DNA from: Alphaproteobacteria bacterium | GTDB taxonomy: Bacteria; Pseudomonadota; Alphaproteobacteria; CADEGL01 | Assembly (NCBI GenBank): GCA_026400755.1 | Contig: JAPLOM010000011.1 | Location: 14,815 to 78,814, forward strand | Direction of reading: 5' to 3' | DNA length: 64,000 bases | Shown here: positions 55,973 to 64,000 of the stretch, piece after piece | How the letters are laid out: each line of letters begins with the position of its first letter | How positions within the stretch are numbered: position 1 is the stretch's first letter | The notes under the pieces: generated by a model | The model's database searches: none | The model's input: only the letters and a program-made list of their open reading frames with translations | What the model was told of the DNA's origin: nothing | Made by a program: the position numbers and the translations under genes

Positions 55973-57199
55973 TCAGCGGGCGTTGAAGGCCGACTTCAGG
56001 TCCTTCACCAGATCCAGCTTCTCCCACGAAAAGCCGCCGTCCTTCTCCGGATCGCGGCCGAAATGCCCGTAGGAGGCGGTGCGCAGATAGATCGGCTTGT
56101 TGAGGCCGAGATGCTCGCGGATGCCGCGCGGCGACAGGTTCATCACCTGGCGCAGCGTGTCGGACAGCTTGTCCTCGTCGACCTGGCCGGTGCCGAACGT
56201 GTCGACATAGACCGACAGCGGGTGGGACACGCCGATGGCGTAGCTCAACTGGATGACGCAGCGCGAGGCCAGGCCTGCAGCCACCACGTTCTTGGCCAGA
56301 TAGCGCGCGGCGTAGGCGGCCGAACGGTCGACCTTGGTGGGGTCCTTGCCCGAGAAGGCGCCGCCGCCATGGGGCGCCGCGCCGCCGTAAGTGTCGACGA
56401 TGATCTTGCGCCCCGTCAGGCCCGCGTCGCCGTCGGGTCCACCGACCACGAACTTGCCGGTCGGATTCACATAAAAATGCGCGCGATCGCACATCCAGCC
56501 CTCGGGGAGGATTTTGCGCACGTAAGGCTCGACAGCCTCGCGCACATCTTCCTGCTCGACCTCCTGGCCAGCCTTCGAGCCCTTGCCGAACTTGGCGGCA
56601 TGCTGGGTCGAAACCACGATCGCCGTGGTGCGCACCGGCTTGCCCTTTTCGTATTGCAGGCTGACCTGGCTCTTGGCGTCGGGCGCGAAGAGCGGCTCCT
56701 TGCCCGCATGGCGTGCATCGGCCATGGCGCGCAGGATGTTGTGCGCGTACTGGATCGGCGCGGGCATCAGCTCCGGCGTCTCGTTGCAGGCATAACCGAA
56801 CATGATGCCCTGGTCGCCCGCACCCTCGTCCTTGTTGCCCTTGGCATCGACGCCCTGGGCGATGTCGGGCGACTGGCCGTGCAGGTAGACGGAAACCTTG
56901 GCCTTCTTCCAGTGAAAGCCCTTCTGCTCGTAGCCGATCTGCTTCACGGCCTTGCGCGCGATGGCTTCTATTTTTTCCTTTTTAACGTGGCCGTTCTTCT
57001 CGACGAGCGAGCGCGGACCGCGCACCTCGCCGGCCACGACGATGCGGTTTGTGGTGACCAGCGTTTCGCAGGCCACGCGCGCATGGGGGTCGGCCGCCAG
57101 AAAGGCGTCGACGACGGCATCCGAGATGCGGTCGCAGACCTTGTCCGGATGGCCCTCGGAGACGGATTCGCTCGTAAAAACGTAGCTGCCCTTGGGCAC
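55973..57199 (-). CDS. metK: S-adenosylmethionine synthetase
   Basis: [41 protein letters not shown]; GTG start with AAGGAG SD. Confidence 0.98.
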   Translation of the reverse strand: MPKGSYVFTSESVSEGHPDKVCDRISDAVVDAFLAADPHARVACETLVTTNRIVVAGEVRGPRSLVEKNGHVKKEKIEAIARKAVKQIGYEQKGFHWKKAKVSVYLHGQSPDIAQGVDAKGNKDEGAGDQGIMFGYACNETPELMPAPIQYAHNILRAMADARHAGKEPLFAPDAKSQVSLQYEKGKPVRTTAIVVSTQHAAKFGKGSKAGQEVEQEDVREAVEPYVRKILPEGWMCDRAHFYVNPTGKFVVGGPDGDAGLTGRKIIVDTYGGAAPHGGGAFSGKDPTKVDRSAAYAARYLAKNVVAAGLASRCVIQLSYAIGVSHPLSVYVDTFGTGQVDEDKLSDTLRQVMNLSPRGIREHLGLNKPIYLRTASYGHFGRDPEKDGGFSWEKLDLVKDLKSAFNAR

Positions 57200-57328
57200 G
57201 GTCGGCTCCTTCAAAAAATCGGGGGACTTTCGGTCGCGTGCGCGATCAGCGGAACGATGGGCGCCTTGCGGGGCGAACTTTTCCCAATCCGGACCGACCC
57301 CGTCAAGAGAATTGGCCCCGGCGGCGCC

Positions 57329-58915
57329 TCAACGGCGGCGTGATAAAGCGGGGCTTGTGATCAGGATGAGCAAAACTATCGCGATCACCGGCCAACTGCC
57401 GGTGCGCGAGAACAGCGTGGGCGCCAGCGCCGCCGGCAACGGCGCGTCCAGCACGCCGCGCTGGCCGAGGCCCAGCCGGCCGACGATGCGGCCGTAGGGG
57501 TCGATCACCGCCGAGATGCCCGTATTGGCCGCGCGGACCAGAGGCAGCCCCTCCTCCACCGCGCGAACGCGCGCGCTGAAGAAATGCTGGTAGGGCCCGG
57601 CGCTTTCACCGAACCAGGCGTCGTTCGTGACGTTCAGGAGCCAGCCCGGCCGCTTGCCGTCCTCGGTCACCGCACCCGGAAAAATGGCCTCGTAGCAGAT
57701 CAGGGGCGAGACGGGCGGCGCGCCCGGCACCTCCAGCGTGCGGGGCCCCGGCCCCGCTGAGAAATCCGTCATGCCCGGCGTGATCTTGTCGATCGGCAGA
57801 AGCCAGCGCAGCGGAACGTATTCGCCGAAGGGCACCAGATGAAACTTGTCGTAGCTGACGACGACGTTGCCTTTCGGATCGATGCCTTGAAACGAGTTCC
57901 AGACGCGAAAGGGTGTCGTTTCCGTGCGCGGCTCAGCGCGCAGCGTGCCGGTCAACACAGCGCCGCCCTTGGGCGTCACCGCCGCGATGGCTTGGCGCAA
58001 CTCGGGCTCGTGATCCAGAAAGTAGGACATGGCCGTCTCGGGCCAGATCACATGGGTGACCTGCTCGAAGCCGGGTGTGACCGTCATGGCCAGATGGGTG
58101 CGAGCGTTGGCCAGCCGCTGGTCCTCAAGCCATTTGAGCTGCTGGGCGATGGCAGGTTGGACAAGACGCAGGCGGATGCCCGGAACGGCGTCGGTGCCGG
58201 CCGTGGGCAAGGACGCGAGCCGCGCCTCACCGCCAGCCCATATCAGTGCAGGGGCTAGGATCAGGACACCAAGAACGGAGAACACACGCCGTTTGGGCGG
58301 CGCATCGGTGTCCGCGATGAGCGCAGGCCACGCGGCGACAAGCACAGTCCAAAGGGTAAGGCCGTACGCGCCGGTCAAGGATGCGACCTGCAGCATGGCG
58401 GGCGAATCGGCCCACACGTATCCGACCAGGTTCCAAGGAAATCCGGTCAGCACATGCCCGCGCAAAATTTCGAGCAGGGTCCAGGCAGCGGCCAGCACGA
58501 AGATGCGCAGGGCGCCGCGTGCGTGCAGGCGCCAAGCCAGCCACGTTGCAATAGCCGTGAAAATCGCAAGGCCGCCGGGCACGCCGAGAAGCGTGAACGG
58601 CACGAGCCATGCAAAGCGCTCTGGGTCGGTGAGGAGCGACAGCATGATCCAATAGAAGCCGAGCACGAACTGGCCGAAGCCGAACCACCAGCCGAGCGCC
58701 AGCGCGGCGCGCCCAGGCCGGCGCGCATTCGACGAGCCGTCCAGCAGCCAGACGAGGCCGGTGAAAGCCGGCACCAGCACCGGCCAGATGAAGAAGGGCG
58801 CATCGGCCGCGGCGGAGATGATGCCGAGCGCCAACGCCAGGGCATAACGGCGCCAGCCCGCGAGCACGCGGACGCGTTGGCCGAGCCCGGCCACCCAAGC
58901 GATCACGCGCTCCAT
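57329..58915 (-). CDS. lnt: Apolipoprotein N-acyltransferase
   Basis: [46 protein letters not shown]. Confidence 0.97.
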   Translation of the reverse strand: MERVIAWVAGLGQRVRVLAGWRRYALALALGIISAAADAPFFIWPVLVPAFTGLVWLLDGSSNARRPGRAALALGWWFGFGQFVLGFYWIMLSLLTDPERFAWLVPFTLLGVPGGLAIFTAIATWLAWRLHARGALRIFVLAAAWTLLEILRGHVLTGFPWNLVGYVWADSPAMLQVASLTGAYGLTLWTVLVAAWPALIADTDAPPKRRVFSVLGVLILAPALIWAGGEARLASLPTAGTDAVPGIRLRLVQPAIAQQLKWLEDQRLANARTHLAMTVTPGFEQVTHVIWPETAMSYFLDHEPELRQAIAAVTPKGGAVLTGTLRAEPRTETTPFRVWNSFQGIDPKGNVVVSYDKFHLVPFGEYVPLRWLLPIDKITPGMTDFSAGPGPRTLEVPGAPPVSPLICYEAIFPGAVTEDGKRPGWLLNVTNDAWFGESAGPYQHFFSARVRAVEEGLPLVRAANTGISAVIDPYGRIVGRLGLGQRGVLDAPLPAALAPTLFSRTGSWPVIAIVLLILITSPALSRRR

Positions 58916-58917
58916 GT

Positions 58918-59811
58918 TCAGCCGCCGTCCGGCGTCGGCGTGCCGCCGCGCGGCAGATTGCGTACCCGCAAGCGGCGCACGCGCCGCGCGTCGCTTTCCA
59001 GCACTTCGAATTCGAGCCCGTCCGGGTGGCGGACCAGCTCACCCCGGCGCGGCACGCGCCCGGCCAGCGCCGTGACCAGGCCACCAAGCGTGTCGATCTC
59101 CGCCCGCTCGTCCTCGGTCAGGACACTGCCCACCGCCTTCTCGAAATCATCGAGCGTCGTACGCGCATCGGCCAAAAGCGTACCGTCCGGCTTTGGTTGC
59201 AGCACCGGCGTCTCATCGATGTCGTGCTCGTCCTCGATCTCGCCGACGATCTGTTCGACCAGATCCTCGATCGTGATCAGCCCGTCGATGCCGCCATATT
59301 CGTCGACGACGAGCGCGATGTGGGTGCGCGACTGGCGCATCTCGAGCAGAAGATCGAGCGCGCGCATGGACGGGGCGACGAACAGGACCTTGCGCAGGAC
59401 CTGAGCCAGCGAGAACTGGTCCTTACGGTCCCAATAGGTCAGCACGTCCTTCATGTGAACCATGCCGATCACGTCGTCCAAATTGGCGCGATAGACCGGC
59501 ATGCGCGAATGGGCTTCGGCGCTCATCGCCTTGACCAGATTGTCGAGCGAGGTGTCGGCCTCGACGGCCACGATGTCGGCGCGCGGCACCATGACATCCT
59601 CGGCGCTGAGTTCGCCCAGCTTGAGCACGTTGCGGATGAGCTGCGGTTCGTCGAAATCGCCGGAGGCGGTTTCCTCCTCGAAATCCTCGATCAGCTCCTC
59701 GACGCTTTCGCGCAAGGTATTTTCGTCGGCTTTGCCGCTGCGCCGCGCGCGCAACCACGCCAGGAAAGCGCCGACCGCGCCGGGATTGGGTTTGTCGCCA
59801 GGCTCGCTCAT
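58918..59811 (-). CDS. corC: CBS/CorC-HlyC domain protein
   Basis: [35 protein letters not shown], CorC domain. Confidence 0.9.
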   Translation of the reverse strand: MSEPGDKPNPGAVGAFLAWLRARRSGKADENTLRESVEELIEDFEEETASGDFDEPQLIRNVLKLGELSAEDVMVPRADIVAVEADTSLDNLVKAMSAEAHSRMPVYRANLDDVIGMVHMKDVLTYWDRKDQFSLAQVLRKVLFVAPSMRALDLLLEMRQSRTHIALVVDEYGGIDGLITIEDLVEQIVGEIEDEHDIDETPVLQPKPDGTLLADARTTLDDFEKAVGSVLTEDERAEIDTLGGLVTALAGRVPRRGELVRHPDGLEFEVLESDARRVRRLRVRNLPRGGTPTPDGG

Positions 59812-59820
59812 CGCGTCATC

Positions 59821-60363
59821 TCAAACAGAGGCGCGGTCGGCATAGGGATCGGGAATGCCGAGGGAGGCCAGGCTTTTCCGTTCCAGCCGCTCCATCCGCC
59901 GCGCCTCCGCGTCGCCCTGGTGGTCGTGGCCGAAAAGATGGAGTACGCCGTGGACGACCAGATGGCTCAGATGGTGTGACGGTTTCTTGCCGCCCGCGGC
60001 TGCTTCGCGCAGCACCGTGCCGCGCGCCAGCACGACGTCGCCGAGCAGGATCGGCACGTTCACCGGCGGACGTGGCGTGGTTCCATCGAGGCTCGGGAAC
60101 GACAGCACGTTGGTCGGCTTGTCCTTGCCGCGGTGGCGGCGGTTGAGCGTGCGCACGAAGGCGTCGCCAGCCAGCACGATGCCGATCTCGCCCTTGGGCA
60201 CGGCCTTACCCAGATGGCCGAGCGCGGCGCGCGTCGCCGCGCGGCACAAGGCCGGCGCGCGCGGCAGGTCGCGCAGCCATGCCGAATCGGGCACGGACAC
60301 GATGACGCGCACGGGCGAGCGCCGCGCCGCGCGCGGCCGCCGTCTTGGCGGAGGTTCGCTCAC
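59821..60363 (-). CDS. ybeY: rRNA maturation endoribonuclease YbeY
   Basis: RGKDKPTNVLSF, HGVLHLFGHDH. Confidence 0.96.
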   Translation of the reverse strand: MSEPPPRRRPRAARRSPVRVIVSVPDSAWLRDLPRAPALCRAATRAALGHLGKAVPKGEIGIVLAGDAFVRTLNRRHRGKDKPTNVLSFPSLDGTTPRPPVNVPILLGDVVLARGTVLREAAAGGKKPSHHLSHLVVHGVLHLFGHDHQGDAEARRMERLERKSLASLGIPDPYADRASV

Positions 60364-61346
60364 TTTGTGCTGCCCGCGCCGGCCTTGTCGCGCGAATCGT
60401 AGGCGCGGACGATGCGGGCCACGATCGGGTGACGCACCACGTCGGCGTCGGTGAAGGTGACGATGGTGGCGCCTTCGATGTTGCCCACCACCTGCAGCGC
60501 ATCGACCATGCCCGAGACGGCACCGGGCGGCAGGTCGATCTGGCTGACGTCGCCGGTCACGACCATGCGCGAGTTCTCGCCCAGACGGGTGAGGAACATC
60601 TTCATCTGTCCGGCCGTGGTGTTCTGCGCCTCGTCCAGGATGACGAAGGCGTTGGCCAGCGTGCGGCCGCGCATGAAAGCCAGCGGCGCCACTTCGATCT
60701 CGCCGCTTTCGAGCCGCTTGGCCACCTGCTCGGCCGGCAGCATGTCGTAGAGCGCGTCGTAGAGCGGACGCAGATAGGGGTCGACCTTTTCCTTGAGGTC
60801 GCCGGGCAGGAAGCCCAGCCGTTCGCCGGCCTCGACCGCGGGGCGCGACAGGACGATCCGGTCGACCTGGCCGCGCAGCATCATGGCGACCGCCATCGCG
60901 ACCGCCAGATAGGTTTTTCCGGTGCCGGCGGGACCTTGCGCGAAAACCAGCTCGTGCTGTTCCAGCGCGGTCATGTAGGCGGCCTGGGCTTGCGTGCGTG
61001 GCGCGATCAGCCGGCGGCGCGTGTGGATGGAGGTGCGCTCGGCGCCGCCACGGCTTTCGACGTGTCCGGCCAGGCGGACGGCCGCATCTACCTCGCCCGA
61101 ATCGACGACCATGCCGCGCTTCAATCGCGCGTAAAGCTCATTGAGGGCGCGGCGGGCCAGTTCGACCGCGTCTTCGGACCCGAAGATGGCGACCCGATTG
61201 CCGCGCGTGGTGACCGAGACGCCCAGCTGCTTCTCGATGCGCGCCAGGAACTCGTCGTGCTGACCGAACAGGGATGGCAACAGGCGGTTGTCGTCGAATT
61301 GAAGATGCACGGGCTTGGCACCCGCCGTGACCGACACCTGGCTCAA
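60360..61346 (-). CDS. phoH: PhoH-family ATPase (YbeZ)
   Basis: [37 protein letters not shown]; TTG start. Confidence 0.95.
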   Translation of the reverse strand: MSQVSVTAGAKPVHLQFDDNRLLPSLFGQHDEFLARIEKQLGVSVTTRGNRVAIFGSEDAVELARRALNELYARLKRGMVVDSGEVDAAVRLAGHVESRGGAERTSIHTRRRLIAPRTQAQAAYMTALEQHELVFAQGPAGTGKTYLAVAMAVAMMLRGQVDRIVLSRPAVEAGERLGFLPGDLKEKVDPYLRPLYDALYDMLPAEQVAKRLESGEIEVAPLAFMRGRTLANAFVILDEAQNTTAGQMKMFLTRLGENSRMVVTGDVSQIDLPPGAVSGMVDALQVVGNIEGATIVTFTDADVVRHPIVARIVRAYDSRDKAGAGSTK

Positions 61347-62722
61347 CCAATCCCCTCCATGGTGATTCGCCGTCCCCCGCCGTCCGAGGCGCCGAACGGC
61401 ACCGTTGGATCCGATAATACCACGTCGCCTGCGACACTGTTGTTATAAGCGGCGTCGATGCGAACCGGCGCCAGAACACCCCGTGCGGCGCCCGTGGCAT
61501 GCACCGACTGCATATATGGGCTGCGTCCGATGGACTGGCCAGGGCGCGAGCCCGGCCGGTCGAACAGGACCTCGACTGTTTGCCCGATCGTGGCCCGGTT
61601 GAAGGCCAGCTGCATCTCGTTGAGGGCGGATTGCAGCCGCTCCAGCCGCTCGGATTTGACCTCTTCCGCGACCGTCTCCGCCATCTCGGCCGCGGGCGTG
61701 CCCGGCCGGGGGCTGTATTTGAAGGAATAGGCCTGGGCATAGCCGACCGCGCGAGCCAGCGCGAGGGTGGCCGCGAAATCGGCCTCGCTCTCGCCCGGAA
61801 AGCCCACGATGAAGTCGGACGACAAAGCCAAGTCGGGCCGCGCGTGGCGCAACCGGTCGATCGCACGCCGGTAGTCGTCCACCGTGTGACGCCGGTTCAT
61901 GGCGGCCAGGATGCGATCCGAACCCGACTGCACGGGCAGATGCAGGAAGGGCATGAGCTGCGGCACGTCGCGGTGGACGGCCACCAGATCGTCATCCACG
62001 TCGCGCGGGTGCGAGGTCGTGTAACGGATGCGCGCGATGCCGTCGATATCGGCCAGGCGGCGGATCAAGTCGCCGAGCCCCGTCGCGCCGTGCCGGTAGG
62101 CGTTGACGTTCTGGCCCAACAGCGTGATCTCGCGCGTGCCGCCAGCGGCCATGCGCCGCGCCTCGTCCAGGATGTCGGCCACGGGACGCGAGAACTCCGC
62201 GCCGCGCGTATAGGGCACGACGCAGAAGGTGCAAAACTTGTCGCAGCCTTCCTGGACGGTCAGGAACGCCGCCGCGCCGCGCACAGCACCATCGCCCGCG
62301 CCGGCGAACTTCGCGGCGGCCGTGAAATCGACGTCGATCGCGCCCGCTTTGGTGCGCGCGGCCTCCTCCAGCAACGCAGGGAGGCGGTGATAGGCCTGCG
62401 GCCCCACCACGACGTCGACATGGGGCATGCGGCGCCGGATCTCCTCGCCCTCGGCTTGCGCCACGCATCCCGCGACGCCCACGGACAAGATGCGGCCCTC
62501 GCGCGCGCGTTCTTCCTTGAGCATGCGCAGGCGGCCCAGTTCGGAGAAGACCTTCTCCGACGCCTTCTCGCGGATATGGCAGGTGTTAAGGATCACCATG
62601 TCGGCATCCACCGGTGAATCAGCGGAGACATAGCCGAGCGGCGCCATGACGTCCGCCATGCGGGCGGAGTCGTAGACGTTCATCTGGCAACCGTAGGTTT
62701 TTATGAAGAGCTTTTTCGCCAC
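61343..62722 (-). CDS. miaB: tRNA-i6A37 methylthiotransferase
   Basis: [35 protein letters not shown] domain. Confidence 0.97.
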   Translation of the reverse strand: MAKKLFIKTYGCQMNVYDSARMADVMAPLGYVSADSPVDADMVILNTCHIREKASEKVFSELGRLRMLKEERAREGRILSVGVAGCVAQAEGEEIRRRMPHVDVVVGPQAYHRLPALLEEAARTKAGAIDVDFTAAAKFAGAGDGAVRGAAAFLTVQEGCDKFCTFCVVPYTRGAEFSRPVADILDEARRMAAGGTREITLLGQNVNAYRHGATGLGDLIRRLADIDGIARIRYTTSHPRDVDDDLVAVHRDVPQLMPFLHLPVQSGSDRILAAMNRRHTVDDYRRAIDRLRHARPDLALSSDFIVGFPGESEADFAATLALARAVGYAQAYSFKYSPRPGTPAAEMAETVAEEVKSERLERLQSALNEMQLAFNRATIGQTVEVLFDRPGSRPGQSIGRSPYMQSVHATGAARGVLAPVRIDAAYNNSVAGDVVLSDPTVPFGASDGGGRRITMEGIG

Positions 62723-62790
62723 GCGCTTACGAACGGTGCGTGGCGCCGCGCGGGACGCCGTACTTCGCGAGAAGAGTGAACATAATCAAG

Positions 62791-62818
62791 ACACTAGCAT
62801 CGCTCGACCGGGAGTCAA
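62791..62818 (-). promoter_or_regulatory. Putative sigma70 promoter of the miaB operon
   Basis: TTGACT-N16-TAGTGT on the minus strand. Confidence 0.45.
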
Positions 62819-62827
62819 GCGAGCCCC

Positions 62828-63628
62828 TCATGCGGGCAGCGGCACGGACAGGGCGCGGCCCGAAAGCGCCGAGGCGATGCCGTTCGCGATCACCGATTCG
62901 CAATGGCGGGCTAAGGCCTTGCGGTTGGGGAAATCGGGCGGGCTGACGGGCGGATGGAACTCGACCACGACGGTCGCCGTGCCCAACGCCATCACGTTGA
63001 GAACGTGGGAGGCCAGGTTCATGTCGCCGTACCAGGCATAGAATGGGCGCAGGTTGCGCCCGAGCGGCATGCCGTCCAGCCGCGTATAGGTGACCGACAC
63101 AGGCTGCACCACCACCGGCCGGCCACGCACTTCGATGGCGGCCGCGCTGAACAAGGCGCTCTTGAACGGCAGCGTGCCGTGGCCGTGGCTGCTGGTGCCT
63201 TCCGGAAACAGGATCAGATCGTCGCCGCCTTCCAGGCGACGGGCGATCTCGTCGCGCTGGACGCTGGGGTCGCGCGCGCTGCGATCGACGAAGACGCTGC
63301 GCTGCAATCGGGCCAAAAGGCCGAACAGTGGCCAGTCCTTGACTTCGGCCTTGGACACGAAGGAGCCGTGGGTGGCGGCGCCGAGGACCGTGATGTCGAG
63401 ATAGGAGGTGTGATTCGCGATGAAGAGTGTCGGGCCATGAGACACGCGCTTGCCCCGAATCTCGAGCTTGAGCCCCAGGATGCCGCAGCAGAGCCGGTGA
63501 AAGGTCGTGGGCAATGTTTTCGCACGCCGTGAGCCCACGGTCAGGAACAGGGCCTGCACCGGGATCAGGGCGAAGGTCAGGCTGAGATAGGCGACGAGAC
63601 GGCAGAAGGCGCGGAGCGGAGAGCCCAT
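62828..63628 (-). CDS. olsA: Lyso-ornithine lipid O-acyltransferase (PlsC family)
   Basis: NHTSYLD, FVSK.EV..WP, FPEGTS, WYGDM; directly downstream of an olsB-like gene. Confidence 0.85.
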   Translation of the reverse strand: MGSPLRAFCRLVAYLSLTFALIPVQALFLTVGSRRAKTLPTTFHRLCCGILGLKLEIRGKRVSHGPTLFIANHTSYLDITVLGAATHGSFVSKAEVKDWPLFGLLARLQRSVFVDRSARDPSVQRDEIARRLEGGDDLILFPEGTSSHGHGTLPFKSALFSAAAIEVRGRPVVVQPVSVTYTRLDGMPLGRNLRPFYAWYGDMNLASHVLNVMALGTATVVVEFHPPVSPPDFPNRKALARHCESVIANGIASALSGRALSVPLPA

Positions 63629-63631
63629 GGC

Positions 63632-64000
63632 TCAGTCGAGCAAGCCTGAACCGCGGCCTTCCTCACGCGCGTAATGGCGCGAGTATTTCTCCGTGACCCA
63701 GTCGGTCTTCACGATGATGCAAACGTCGGTCGTATTGAACTGCTCGTCGACCACGGCGCCGTCGCCGATGAAGCCGCCGACGCGCAGGTAGCCCTTGATC
63801 AAGGGCGGCAGCGCGGCTTGGGCCCGTTTCGGGTCGATCTCGGGCCGCTCGACCAGGCGCATGTCGGTGTAGCGTTCGGTCAGCGCGCGCGGGCGAAGCG
63901 CCGGCGGCGCCAGATGATAGTGGTAGAGATAGGCCAACGATGTCGCGATGTGCGACGGATCGGTGCCCGGCAGGCTGGCGCAGCCGAACATAATCTCGAT
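63632..64000 (-). CDS. olsB: Ornithine N-acyltransferase (GNAT), 5' end beyond window edge
   Basis: MFGCASLPG, LPPLIKGYLRVG, VVDEQFNTTDV. Confidence 0.88.
   Translation of the reverse strand: MEIMFGCASLPGTDPSHIATSLAYLYHYHLAPPALRPRALTERYTDMRLVERPEIDPKRAQAALPPLIKGYLRVGGFIGDGAVVDEQFNTTDVCIIVKTDWVTEKYSRHYAREEGRGSGLLD

Noticed and set aside
57200-57328. SAM riboswitch upstream of metK
   Set aside because: No SAM-II or SAM/SAH consensus recognised; only a TTGACG promoter-like element and an SD.

Overview
High-GC alphaproteobacterial chromosome segment, Rhodospirillales-like by gene order. The right two-thirds is core genome: pbp1A-gyrB-recF-dnaN-dnaA-rhodanese-rpsT, mutM/ubiE-ubiB-coaBC-dut-moeB, rubrerythrin-FeS oxidoreductase-DUF3501, fabA-fabB-fabI, rimP-nusA-infB-rbfA-truB-rpsO-pnp, and olsBA-miaB-phoH-ybeY-corC-lnt-metK-trmB. 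The left ~20 kb is accessory: a MocD-like desaturase with a divergent LysR, mmcB, heptose genes, glycosyltransferases with a NodU-type carbamoyltransferase and an ABC-2 exporter, a late cobamide assembly/salvage cluster, and ada. No rRNA, tRNA, CRISPR array or mobile element was recognised. Most notable: (1) a 68-aa twin-arginine-leader peptide gene with a near-perfect sigma54 promoter and a predicted 24-aa Cys-bracketed Pro/Asn core; (2) a 54-aa ORF missing from the ORF track, immediately before cobT, that joins the N- and C-termini of a cyclase-family protein; (3) a stand-alone mini-CobN domain coupled to cobU; (4) an irr gene frameshifted by a deletion that removes its HHH motif, beside ICE-like boxes and rubrerythrin; (5) a GDPD ORF whose only in-frame starts lie inside pnp, so it must be translated through an intrinsic terminator; (6) a rhodanese gene translationally coupled to dnaA. 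Family assignments come from motifs read by eye; no database searches were run.
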